In this document: piece after piece, positions 9,919 through 20,890 of the stretch
Layout of the letters: every line of letters begins with the position of its first letter
How positions within the stretch are numbered: the stretch's first letter is position 1
Assembly (NCBI GenBank): GCA_043228905.1
Contig: JBHGNT010000001.1
Span: 27,094,001-27,158,000 of the forward strand
Reading direction: 5' to 3'
DNA length: 64,000 nucleotides
Origin: Azolla caroliniana
Taxonomy: Eukaryota > Plantae > Polypodiophyta
Position numbers and translations under genes: made by a program
The notes under the pieces: model-generated
Seen by the model: only the letters and a program-made list of their open reading frames with translations
Told to the model about the DNA's origin: nothing
Database searches by the model: none

Positions 9919-12045
9919 ATGAGGGGGTCGGATCTTGCAGAGGCCATGGCTTCGGCCGTGGATCGGATATTGAGCACACGCGAGGGCACTAGTGCCCTCG
10001 ACAGAGCCATTGAGGCGGTCGTCGGTACGATCGGCCGCTTCAGCGGAAAGGATGCTACGAGGTATTTGGCGTCCTACGGGGCGGAAATGCTGATGTGGGA
10101 CATTCCGGAAGAGAGGCGTCTTGCCAGGTTCCCTCGAGTGGCGATGCCGAGCATCCATGCGGAGGTGCTCGAGGTACGGGCGGAGAGCCGTACCTGGGAG
10201 GAGTTCGATGGCCGACTCCTAGAGAGATATGGGCTGGACGACGCGCTCCGGCTTTCGAAGCGGGACTTCATGGAATGGGTGGAGTCCCCCGGCAAAGGAA
10301 GAAACGCGTCGACACTCCTCCGGGAGTTCGAAGAACGCTTTGCGCGCCTTTCGGCGCTTGACCGAACTATCCTGGATACGAGCCGAGTCCTACTGTTCGT
10401 CAAGTCGGTGGACGAGCGGGACCGCGATCAAGTCGGCTCCTTGCTGGAAACCGAAGACGGGCTGACAACCGACTGGGCTGCGGTTAAGAGAGTCTGTGGC
10501 CGTTTCGACAAGCGGCGAGAATGGGCTGACAACGGGGCGGCAGGTGCGGGCTCTGTTACAGCAAGGAGGCTTGAACCGGCACCGCAAGTGCGAAGGGAAG
10601 AAACCCGGGAATGGCTCGAAACCGGTTCGGCTTCAACCAGCATGGTCAATGGCTCATCCGGAGGAGCAGCGCTAGAGGAGTTGACGCGGGCGATAAAGGA
10701 TCTCCAGATCGCCCAGACTCGAAGGGAAGGCGGCGAACCGGCTCGTGACCGACGGCCGGCAGCGGGGAACAGGTGCATGTGGTGCGACGAGGTCGGCCCC
10801 ATTCGGAAGGACTGCAGCGATTTCGCAGAGGCGTTGAGAAACCGGGTGGTGTACCTGTGGGAAGGCCGGGTGCACGCTGGCGACACCAGGAGGGCCCTGA
10901 GCCGAAACGACGGGCGAGGAGGTATGAAGAGACTGATGGAAGAGGAAGCGGCCCGACACGTAGAGGCCATCCACTACTCGGCGTCGGCCGGTATTCGGGT
11001 CGGGGGCAGCGAGGCCCGAAAGGAGAGTAAAGACGGTTCCTGGTCGGCAATGCTGGAAGGCCTTGCCGGCGTGCAACTGAGGAAAGATGAAACGGACTGC
11101 GCTGAGAGACGGGTCCGGGAAATAACCGGGTGGAGCGATCCGGTCGAGGAGAAGACGGGCTTCGTAGAAGCCGCTTGCCGGAACTACGAGGCTCTGGTAG
11201 AAGATAAGCGAGTGGGGAAAGCCGGAGCGACCGGGCCCTCACAACGGTACGAGACCCGATTCGGACAACAACGGAACGATGCCGGTGGGCCCTGCCCGCA
11301 AGATAACCCCAGGAAGGGCGGGTACCGACTGGGGACAGAAATAGAAAGGACTACGGACCTACGGAAGGTCCTAGAGGAACGGATCCTCGACAGCAAAGTG
11401 GAGCTGTCATTGCGAGAGGTGCTAGGGATCGCCAAGAAGGAATTCCACGACTCCATTGTGGACCTGGTGAAACGGAAGAGGCTGTCAACGGAGACGGATC
11501 CGGAAAGACCGGTAGAGGTGCGGACGACGCACATCGACGACTCGGCGCTGGCAGATGAGTGGGCGGAGAGCCACTATTCGAGGCCACACTGGGCCCGAGC
11601 GACCACGGAGACCCCGGTAAAGATCGGAGATGTTCGGGAACCGGTGGTGGCGTTGGTGGACCACGGTTCGGAAATAAACCTAATGTCCATGGACTTCTAT
11701 AAGAAGGGGAAGTGGCCGATCAACACCAAGCACGGGTGGAAGATACGGGCGGCGACGCGCGCCACCGAGGAACTGCATGGGGCCTGCCCGAACGTGCGAG
11801 TCAAGATCGGCGACGTCGAGATTGACCAGCACTTCTTCGTACAGGAGACGTCCTCGCATCCGGTCATTTTAGGCGAACCATACATCACGGCGGCGAGAAT
11901 GGAGACCAAGGTGCTAGACAACGGTTCGGCCTACGCGAGGGTCAAAAGCCAGGACGGGCGCCATTCGGTGCAATTTTTGACGGTGCGGCCGAACCACAAG
12001 AGAAACCGCGAGTCCCTCGGTGGCGAGAACCGGGAGGATTTTTAG
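9919..12045 (+). CDS. gag: Element D Gag-protease polyprotein
   Basis: Uninterrupted ORF after the PBS; zinc knuckle CMWCDEVGPIRKDC (H in copy F); protease-like ALVDHGSEINLM...VILGEPY; ends GAT TTT TAG. Confidence 0.9.
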   Translation: MRGSDLAEAMASAVDRILSTREGTSALDRAIEAVVGTIGRFSGKDATRYLASYGAEMLMWDIPEERRLARFPRVAMPSIHAEVLEVRAESRTWEEFDGRLLERYGLDDALRLSKRDFMEWVESPGKGRNASTLLREFEERFARLSALDRTILDTSRVLLFVKSVDERDRDQVGSLLETEDGLTTDWAAVKRVCGRFDKRREWADNGAAGAGSVTARRLEPAPQVRREETREWLETGSASTSMVNGSSGGAALEELTRAIKDLQIAQTRREGGEPARDRRPAAGNRCMWCDEVGPIRKDCSDFAEALRNRVVYLWEGRVHAGDTRRALSRNDGRGGMKRLMEEEAARHVEAIHYSASAGIRVGGSEARKESKDGSWSAMLEGLAGVQLRKDETDCAERRVREITGWSDPVEEKTGFVEAACRNYEALVEDKRVGKAGATGPSQRYETRFGQQRNDAGGPCPQDNPRKGGYRLGTEIERTTDLRKVLEERILDSKVELSLREVLGIAKKEFHDSIVDLVKRKRLSTETDPERPVEVRTTHIDDSALADEWAESHYSRPHWARATTETPVKIGDVREPVVALVDHGSEINLMSMDFYKKGKWPINTKHGWKIRAATRATEELHGACPNVRVKIGDVEIDQHFFVQETSSHPVILGEPYITAARMETKVLDNGSAYARVKSQDGRHSVQFLTVRPNHKRNRESLGGENREDF

Positions 12046-12102
12046 AGAGGGCTGCCAAGGCGTGGGGCCGAGACAGCCCAGACACTCGGAAAAGACCCCA
12101 CG
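12036..12102 (+). other. Predicted -1 programmed ribosomal frameshift signal (slippery G GAU UUU, 6-nt spacer, H-type pseudoknot)
   Basis: Stem 1 GGGCTG 12049-54 / CAGCCC 12074-79; stem 2 CGTGGGG 12061-67 / CCCCACG 12096-102; conserved in E and F with the -1 frame open. Confidence 0.8.
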
Positions 12103-15100
12103 ACTGTACGATAGGTAGGGGATTTTGCTTCTCCGACAACGGAGGGTGTATGATGGTCGGCATCGTTGGCCGAGAAAAGACAAGGGTGGAAGAGTTCTTG
12201 GCCCGGACGAGGAAATCAGCGGAGCCGTGGAGGCGGTCTCCTTCGACGACACCTTAGGGATGCTGAGGAAGGTTGCCGGAGAAGACCTTAACGAAGACCG
12301 GACGATACCGGTATGTTCCGAAAAGATGTACGAAGTCATCGCGAACTTCAGTCGGGGGCTCGGGTCGGATCGGACGGCCCGAGTTAGCACAAAGTACAAG
12401 ACTGTGGACCGGAAGGTAAGGCCAGTCGCGGCACCCTTACCGGAGGGCAGCGAGTCCAGGATCAGAGGGGTTGCGTCGGACCCCAGTTTACGAGATCCGG
12501 CCTGCATAGGGCACACCTTCACCGACAGGACGCTCCGGGAGCTCAAAATCGGTGGGGGCGGGTTCCTACTGCCGGCGGAGGAAGACCGGTTTCGGAGGAT
12601 GCTCGGAAGGCACGGGAAAGCCTTCGCATTCTCACCGGAAGAGATCGGGTGCGTAGACCCGACGATCGTGGAGCCGATGGTGATATTCACGGTACCGCAT
12701 GTACCATGGAATCTCAAGCCGATTCCAGTACCGAGAGCTCACATCCCAAAGTTGATGGAGCTATTGAGGCAGAAAGTCGATATGGGTATTCTCGAACCGT
12801 CGAGCGCCCCATACTCGAACCGATGGTTTACCGTACCGAAGAAAAACGGAACGTTGCGCTTCATTCAGGACCTGCAGCCGGTCAACAGAGTGACCATTCG
12901 AAACGCAGGAATCGGACCGACCATAGACGAGTTCGCGGAGGCCTTTGCCGGAAGGTCGATTTACTCGGTCGGTGATCTGTACTCAGGGTACGACCAGTTC
13001 CAGCTAGCCGTGGAGAGCAGAGACATTACGACGATGCGAACTCCCCTCGGCCTAGTGCGAATGTGTACCTTGCCACAAGGAGGGACTAACTCGGTGGCTC
13101 ACATGGTAAATGCAATGAACAAAGTACTGAGGGATTGCATCCCGGACATCACCATGCCATTTCTAGACGACATCCCCATCAAAGGGTGCCCGGGGGAAGA
13201 GAAGGACGAGACACTCGGGCCGGACGGATGCCGGCGATTCGTAGCAACACACATCGACGACTGCGAGAAGGTGCTACAAAGGCTAGAGGATGCGAGGCTC
13301 ACCTTCTCCGGGGAGAAATCGGCCTTCGGGCAATCAGAAATCCTGGTGGTCGGGCATCTATGTGGACCATATGGCCGGAAGCCGTCTCTGGCAAAGGTAG
13401 AAGCCATCTCCGCGATGAAGTCCGACTGTAGCTCCGTTACAGAAGTTCGGAGGTTCCTGGGGGCATGCGCATTCTACCACATATGGATTCCGCATTACGC
13501 CCACGTTGCGGAGCCGCTATACGGGTTGCTGAAGAAAGGGCGAAAATTCGAGTGGTGAGACGAGCACACGGGGTCGGTCCGGAAGCTGAAGGAAGCTCTT
13601 ATGGCAGCACCGGCGCTCCGGAAGGCTGTCTACGAGAAGGGTACCCCGGTATACATAACGGTGGATACGAGTCCGACCGGGATTGGATGGGTCGTCAACC
13701 AAGAAGACGAGGACGGCATTCGGTTCCCGATCCGATTCGGCGCGAAGGTCCTCAGTGAGCGACAGCGAGGGTACGCCCAGGTTAAACGTGAACTCTGGGG
13801 TATCGTTTCGGCAGTAAAGGCCGACAAAGACTACCTGATCGGGACATAAGTGATTATCGAGACGGATTGCTTGCCGATTCTTGGCATGGTCTCCGGATGC
13901 GCGACACCGGACCTGGCGATGCTCAGGTGGATAGTGTACATCAAGTCCCTGGACCCAGAGATACGACACATTTCCGGAAAGGACAACGTCATGGCCGACA
14001 TGCTTTCGAGGGCGAGGTTTGATGACGAGGGCGGCATGGTTTCGGAGGACGAAGAAGTCGGCGTGGACTTCTTCGAGGCGGCGTACGTGACGACCGATGG
14101 GACGAGCACTTTGGCACTTAACGACTTCGACGAGAGCAAGTACGACGGCGAATGGCTCCAAATCGGTGGATTCTTGAGGACAATGACGCCGGATGCGTCA
14201 TGGACGAAGGACGAGGCCAACCGGATCCGGAAGAAAGCTTACCGATTCTTTCTCCGGGACGGATACTTATGGAAGCACCCGAAGAAGAGGGACGGCGCTC
14301 CGCTCCGGGTGGTGGCGATGAAGGAAGAACAGGAGGAGTTGCTGACGGCCTACCACAACAGCCCTTGGGCCGGACACCGTGGAACCTGGGCCACGTTCGA
14401 GAAGATAAAGGGGAAGTACTGGTGGCCGGGACTGTACCGGGACGTGCATCGATTCGTGACAACTTGCGAGAGCTGTCAGATGCACTCCATAGTCCGACAC
14501 CGGGACGAACTTCACCCTACGTACCCTCCGACCATCCACTTCAAATGGATGGTAGACCTGGTAACGATGCCGATAGGAGTAGGACAGATGCGGTATCTGG
14601 TCCTGGCTCGGGAAGATCTAACGAACCAGGTGGAAGGCCGGGCCCTTCAGAACAAAACGACTGCGGCCGTATGTCGGTTCCTGCTCGAGGACGTAATATG
14701 CCGGTACGGGTGCGTCAGGAAGATCGTGGCTGATCGCGGGGAGCTGGACGCCGAAGAGGCCGAGGAGCTGTTCGACCGGCTAGGAGTCAAGCTCTCGCTT
14801 ACCACTGCGTACAATCCGGAGGCGAATGGAAAGGTGGAGCGCGGACACGGACCGATCGTCAAGGCGTTAGTTCGGGCATGCGGAGGTCGAGCCGGGAACT
14901 GGCCGCGACTACTGCCTTACGCGTTGTGGGCTGACCGGACTACGCACAGTTCGGTAACCGGATTCATGCCGGCAGAGCTCATGTTTGGGCAGAAGCCGAT
15001 CATGCCGATCGAACGTACGGTCTCCTCATGGGCAACCGTGGACGGGAGAGACGAGATGAGCTGGGAGGAACTGCTGACGGCGCGCATACGACAACTCGAG

Positions 15101-15490
15101 CGGAGACCGGAGGACGTGGAGCAGGCTGCGGAAAAGCTTCGGGAAGCAAGGATGAGGAACAAAGCCTGGTTCGACCGAACACACCGGCTCCGACCGAAGA
15201 AGATCGAGGAAGGCGACTGGGTGCTAGTCTACGACAGCAGCCTCGACAACCAGCACCGAGCGACACGGAAGTTCGCAAGAAGGTGGTTCGGGCCTTACGT
15301 GGTACAGAGCGCCAACGACAACGGGACGTACCATCTGGCGGAACTCGACGGTACGAGAATGACGATACCGGTAGCTGGGAAGCGGATCAAGACGTTCAAG
15401 AAGCGTCACGACGACGAGCCGAATCAGGTTGACTTGGACCGCGACGACGAGCGATCCGAAACCGAGGAAGAACCGACGGGCGGGGAATGA
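12042..15490 (+). pseudogene. pol: Element D pol (RT-RNaseH-integrase), disrupted by a 19-bp deletion near 12191 and stops at 13556 and 13847
   Basis: DLYSGYDQ, LPQGGTNS, FLDD; RNase H VDTS/RELW/TDC/ADMLSR; integrase H-x5-H..C-x2-C, VDL/ADRG/KVER, GPY; no chromodomain. Confidence 0.95.
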
Positions 15491-15563
15491 AGGCTGGACC
15501 GGTTTTCTCCCTCCAAACACAATTTGGCGCATGCCGGTGGATGCGCGGTTAGGTGGGGGCGGA

Positions 15564-16207
15564 TGTCGTGAAGAAAACCGTCCACAAGCGGAATCGGTGT
15601 ACCGGAGCGTAGAAATCGACTCTTCATGCACGTGCGCCTTAAGTTGTACATAGGAGATCATAAGTAGATTCGGTAGGTAGGGAGTAAAGGGGAAACGGCT
15701 CCTTCCTTGCCTATAAAAGGAGGGAGACGAGGAGAGTAAAGGGATCGCGGAGAGTCGAGGACGAAGTGCTGTCGGATTGGGCGCGAAGGCTTCTCTCTCT
15801 CTCTCTCTGGTTCGCAGACTCCATAGCTTCCGTCTGTGCAGGTTTCGGGAGGCTCGCGCTGCTCTGAGGAATGCCCGAGTGCTTCCGGCAGCACCTCCAA
15901 CCTGTTCCTGTCTTTCTGTGCATTTACGAACAGGTATCGGCATCTGTCCGCCGGCCTGTTCAGTTGTAACCGACTTCACTGTTTTGTTGTCTTCGTGTTC
16001 TTGTTGTTTGTCTTGTCAATACATACATACTTTCGTGTCTTTCTGTGTCGCTGTCCCACTCGCATCTTTGCGCCGAAGGGCCGTGTCCCTGTGAATCTAC
16101 GCTCGCACGTAGTGGGTCTCTCTCTCTCTCTCTCTCTCTCTTACTCTTCGGTACAGGACCCCCGAGGTCCCGCCTCACTCCACGCATCCGCGAGGAATAC
16201 CTCGACA
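15564..16207 (+). repeat. Element D 3' LTR (644 bp)
   Basis: Follows PPT AGGTGGGGGCGGA; followed by TSD ACGT. Confidence 0.96.
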
Positions 16208-16230
16208 ACGTGCAGTTAGGTGGGGGCGGA

Positions 16231-16999
16231 TGTCATGAAGAATTTCGGCCATAGGCGAAAACCGGGAAACATTGGCCTACATCAGCGGGGTGCAGCGTGT
16301 GTACGCACCCATGTACATTTAGTGTGAATATCGAGAGCGCCTTTATGGCGCCCAAGAGTAGTCAAGTCGGGATAGACGATCCCATGTAGGTCGGGGTTTG
16401 TCCCACATTGTAACGCATCCCTTTCCTTGATCTATAAAAGGAAGGGAACGCCCTTTGTGTAGGGGTTGCCCATTTTGGATTAGAGGGTATACCGGTAAGT
16501 TTAGGGTTAGGTTTCTTCTGCTTCTTCTTCTTCCCCTTCGTGTTCGTTTAGGGTTGGCTGCAGCTTATCTCCTGTGCAAGACCCTGCTCGGCTCGACGAG
16601 CCCGAGAGCTCCCCGACGGCGGCTTGACAGCAGACGACTGTTGTAAACTATCTTGGTCCGGCTCGAAGCCGGGAGTGTATTCTCCTTATATATATACATA
16701 TACGTTTGCGTCTGTCTGTGTATATTGGCGTCTTGTTGGTGTCGGGTGCTCCCCTTCTTCCCTGCGTTTCCTGTACATAAGGGCGTGAGTCGGGTCGGGC
16801 TGTGTGTGCATGTGTGTGCGTGAGTCGGTGTTAAGCACGCTCTCTCTCTCTCTCTCGCTCTCTCTCCCTTCGGTTGCTTTCAGTGTGTTTCTGAGATGCC
16901 CCAGAAGCAGTGAAGCACGACTTCCTACGCTCCGTCGCTCCCTAGTCCAAGACCCCCGTGGTCCCGCCTTTCTCCACGCACGCGCGTAACAACGCGACA
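16231..16999 (+). repeat. Element B 3' LTR (769 bp)
   Basis: Follows PPT AGGTGGGGGCGGA; followed by TSD ACGC. Confidence 0.95.
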
Positions 17000-17003
17000 A
17001 CGC

Positions 17004-17515
17004 AATATCTTCACCAAGTCAGATTTCGGATGTCAAAATCCAATACATCTCTATACATCCGAAATCAATCGGATAGCCCGATAGTCATCATTCTATATGT
17101 GGATGACTTAGTTCTCGGAGGAAAGGATCTCGCCAAGATTAACAAAGTTAAATCACTTCTTTCTGGCAGATTCGAAATGAAGGACCTGCACGAACTTCAT
17201 TACTTTCTAGGTATTGAAGTAATTCGGACACCAGTCGGGATCATGATCTCACAACGACACTACATTCTCAACTTACTCTACAAGTTTGGAATGACAGAGT
17301 GCAAACCCGTGACTACCCCTCTTGAATGTAATCTCAAGATCGATGCCAGTTCTAGCACGGTCGCGAGCGAGTCGACTCAGTATCATCAACTAATTGGCAG
17401 TCTAATCTACCTAACCATTACGCGACCCGACCTCAGTTATTCGGTCGGCCTACTTAGCCAATTCATGCAGAGTCCAAGAAACCTTCACCTCGATTGCGCT
17501 AAGAGGATACTACGG
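17004..17515 (+). pseudogene. Copia element C pol fragment 2 (RT core)
   Basis: IIILYVDDL; FEMKDL..L.YFLGIEV; IGSLIYLTITRPDLSYSV; AKRILR. Confidence 0.95.
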
Positions 17516-17937
17516 TGTCGTGTTGTTACGCGCGTGCATGTAGAAAGGCGGGACCACGGGGGTCTTGGACTTGGGAGTGACAGAGCGTAGGAAGCCGCGC
17601 TTCAACCTTTTCGGGGCACCCCAGGAGCACACCGGAAGCAACCGAAGGGAGAGAGAGAGAGTGAGCAGGCATGCAACATTGACTCTCGCACGAACATGTA
17701 CATAAGCAAGAAAGAAACACTAAGACACACACACACGCACACCAACAGAGACCCGAATATGCACAACCACATGTATATGTATTTACAATTGACAAGACAA
17801 CGAGATTCAACACCGACTTCAAGCCGGACCTAGGCCGCATGAGATACAACCGTTGTCTACTGCCAAGCCGCCGGTCGGGGAGTTCTCGGGCTTGTCACGC
17901 CGAGCGAGGTCTTGCATAGAGTACAGGGTAGAAAACT

Positions 17938-18627
17938 CGGCTACGTATGAGGAGTACTCGGCTACGTATGAGGAGTACTCGGCTACGTATGAGGAGTACT
18001 CGGCTACGGAGAGCCGGGTGGTGCAGACCTATCGGCCTCGGCCGAAACCGTATGAGGAGTACCCGGCTACGGAGAGCCGGATGGTGCAGACCTATCGGCC
18101 TCAGCCGAAACCGTATGAGGAGTACCCGGCTACAAAGAGCCGGATGGTGCAGACCCGGTGAGAAGTGCTCACTGGATGAAGAGACATATTCGTAAATATG
18201 TTTCTGAGAGCCCATCATGGCTATATTTGTAAATAGCCGAAAAGTCATATTAGTATAAATATGACTTAGGGCAAACTTTTAGGTTGTTGTTGTCATATTC
18301 TTGTTGGTGCAATGATAGAGTGAGCGCGTAACTGTGTACAGAGAGAGAGAGAGAGAGAAAGAGGTCGTTGCCTCTGTTGTAACCGCCGCCTGTGGCGAAG
18401 ATCGTGAGCACGAGGTCGTTGCCTCCGTGAACTCACTGTTGTACATTCTAACATAGTGATAGTTTGCAGCCTGTGGGCTGCCGTGGTTTTTTCCCTTAGT
18501 TTGGGTTTTCCACGTAAACATCCTGCGTACTTTTCTCTTCTTCGTGTCGTTCATTATTTCCCGATTTCTGTGTATGATTCTAAGCTCGGTTGTGGCCGAG
18601 CGTTGCGTATAAGGAGCGTTGTAGTTC
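17938..18627 (+). repeat. Terminally truncated LTR of the Copia H family embedded in element G
   Basis: 18155-18627 closely matches H LTR 45695-46177; carries 21-bp x3 and 63-bp x2 tandem repeats; lacks TG..CA ends. Confidence 0.88.
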
Positions 18628-20890
18628 CCGTGAATGGGCCCTTCGTCGCGATCTCCGCAGTACGCGTACTTCCGATGGCCCTTGTTCGGCCGTATGCACG
18701 CCCCGCTCTCCGCCGTATGCTCGATGTCCTCCGCTTGAGGAACGCCCGTAGTGGCCCGCTTGGCCTCCACCGACCATTCGTGTTGTCCTGATTGCCATCC
18801 CATGTTGCTTCGCGTTGCCTTTGTCCTCTTGCTGCCACCTTCCTTCTCCATGGTCTTACGTCGCCACGTCGGCTCGAACCGCCATGGTCTCCGGAACGGT
18901 GTGGAGGATCCTTCTTTGGCCTTCTACGTGCTACTTCCGAACCGCGCAACCCATCTTCGCGCTCGCCTTTCCGCTCCGGCACCTCCGTGTGCAGCACACC
19001 CTCGTCCGTTGTTTGGCACTGCATGTGCCGTACTCCGGTTCATTGCACGCCTTGTCGGCCCCTTTCCCGGCCAGATCATGCATCGCCACTCACCTGCATA
19101 CCGGTGTCCTCCGCATCTGAGGAACACCCCGTAGTAGCCCGCTTGGCCCTTCCTGTCTTCGTGCTTCTGCAACAGGTCCTGAGTCTTCCGCTTGCCGTCG
19201 TCCCCTCGCCCCCACCAGCTTGTCACCCCGGGCTTGCCGTGTCAGTCTTCGCTACTTCGACGGAGCTACCGAGATCTACGAAGCGAGTGTGGAGGATCCT
19301 CCTCCGGCTTCTCTTTCCATCCCCTGACTCCGACCCTGTGCAGTCCACTAGGCACCCGTCACCTCGTTCCCGGCACCTCCCTTGTGCCGTCTTCCGCTTC
19401 CTTTGTTCGGCACCGCCCGTGCCGAACACCGTCCAGTAGTCACGCTTCGATCCGGCCCACGATGGCTACTTGCGAGACTCTTGTTCCGTCCCAGGTGTGC
19501 CTTTCCGGCCCGACACACCTCCCCGGGTTTGCCCTACCGGCTCCTTCCGCTACCGTAACCGACCGGTAAGGGCTCTGCACTTCATCTGTCCCGTCTTACC
19601 GACCTTTGTTGATGCCGGGTCCCGTCCCTTTCCGCCACCTTCCTTCTCCCTCGGTCTTACGTTGCCACGTTGGACGAACAACCGGGGTCTCCGGAACCGG
19701 TGTGAAGATCCCATACGACCGGTATTCGTTTCGTCGCTTGCCGAAATTCAGGGCGTCTTTGTTTGAGTCCCTCCCGGATTCTCCTTGTGTCTTCCGCGTA
19801 GTCGGGTCCCGTTTCCTGCCGCCACCAACCTCTCTCGGTCTCATGTTTCCACGTTGGCCGAACAGCCGAAGTCTCTGGTTCGGTGTGGGGATCTCGTAGG
19901 ACCAGACTTCCTTACGCCCACTCACCTTGCCGGAAGGTTTGAGATGGTCCGTAGCCGCCTTGCCTACTTGATACCTTCTTTCTCTGCTTCAATCGTCTGA
20001 TCACGTTCACCTGCCGCCACCGATCTCCCCTATAGGACTCACGCCGGCACTTGGGCCGACCGCTGGATCGGTGTGAGGATCTTCGTGGGACCTCGGTTTG
20101 CCCGCCCTTGTCCCCCCGCCACCACCATCAGTATCTTGGGCTTACGCCGACCGCGCTGCCGACTGCCGAAGTCTCTAGATCCGGTGTGAAGGATCCTCCT
20201 TGGGCTCCTCGTATCCTTGACCCTTCTCCCGGGTCTTCCTTCCTTCACAAGCCGAGAGGGTGGCTTGCTCCACACCCTCTCCGGTGGTACCGACGTACCG
20301 TGTTCCCGGCCTCTTTGTAGGCCTGCTCTCTTCCTCCCTCCCGGAATGGTTATCTGGGAGTCCGCTCCGCCCGGTTCTCGTCCGGGTCCGTCCGTCATTC
20401 TCCGGATTGCCGGATCCTATTCTCCTGTCGCCACCGACCAACGCCGGCACTCGGGCCAACAGCCGGATTGGTGTGAAGATCTCATGGGACCGGTTCGTTC
20501 TCCTCTTCATCCCCCGTACTCCTCCCGAACTCGTTGTTGCTCTCCTTGCTGCGTTCCCGCCTCGATCTTCCATCTCTTTCGGTCTTACGTTGCCCCGTCG
20601 GACGAACAACCGAAGAATCCGAATAGGATGTGGCGTAACTGATTTCTCGACGTCTTCCGGCGACTCGTCCGGGCCACCGCCCCTTTTAGTGGTGTCCGCT
20701 ATGTGATCAATCAAGCCCCGCCTGAGCTTGATTCTCCAATGTCCGGAGTTTCAGCTCTGATGCCGATCTTGCCAGACTCGTTCCGAACCTCTAATCACCC
20801 TCCTTCCAATTCCCGACCTTCGCCCGGTCGGTCTTTCTCCCCATGTAAAAGAGGGCGGCTCGTCCCGCACCCTCTCCCGTATCGGCACCT

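Larger units (their letters stand above)
9232..16207 (+). mobile_element. Element D: full-length autonomous-type Ty3/Gypsy (non-chromovirus) LTR retrotransposon, 6,976 bp
   Basis: LTRs 9232-9874 and 15564-16207; TSD ACGT (9228-9231 / 16208-16211); PBS-Trp 9879-9896; PPT 15551-15563; domain order gag-PR-RT-RH-INT. Confidence 0.97.
5920..16999 (+). mobile_element. Element B: non-autonomous gag-only Gypsy-type LTR element, containing nested element D
   Basis: LTRs 5920-6687 and 16231-16999; TSD ACGC (5916-5919 / 17000-17003); PBS-Trp 6692-6709; PPT 16218-16230; removing it restores Copia K-I-T-Q-Y-L-H. Confidence 0.95.

Noticed and set aside
17938-18150. Short tandem repeats resembling a CRISPR array or a YEEYSAT repeat protein
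   Set aside because: No unique spacers; they are U3 repeats of a Copia LTR in eukaryotic DNA.
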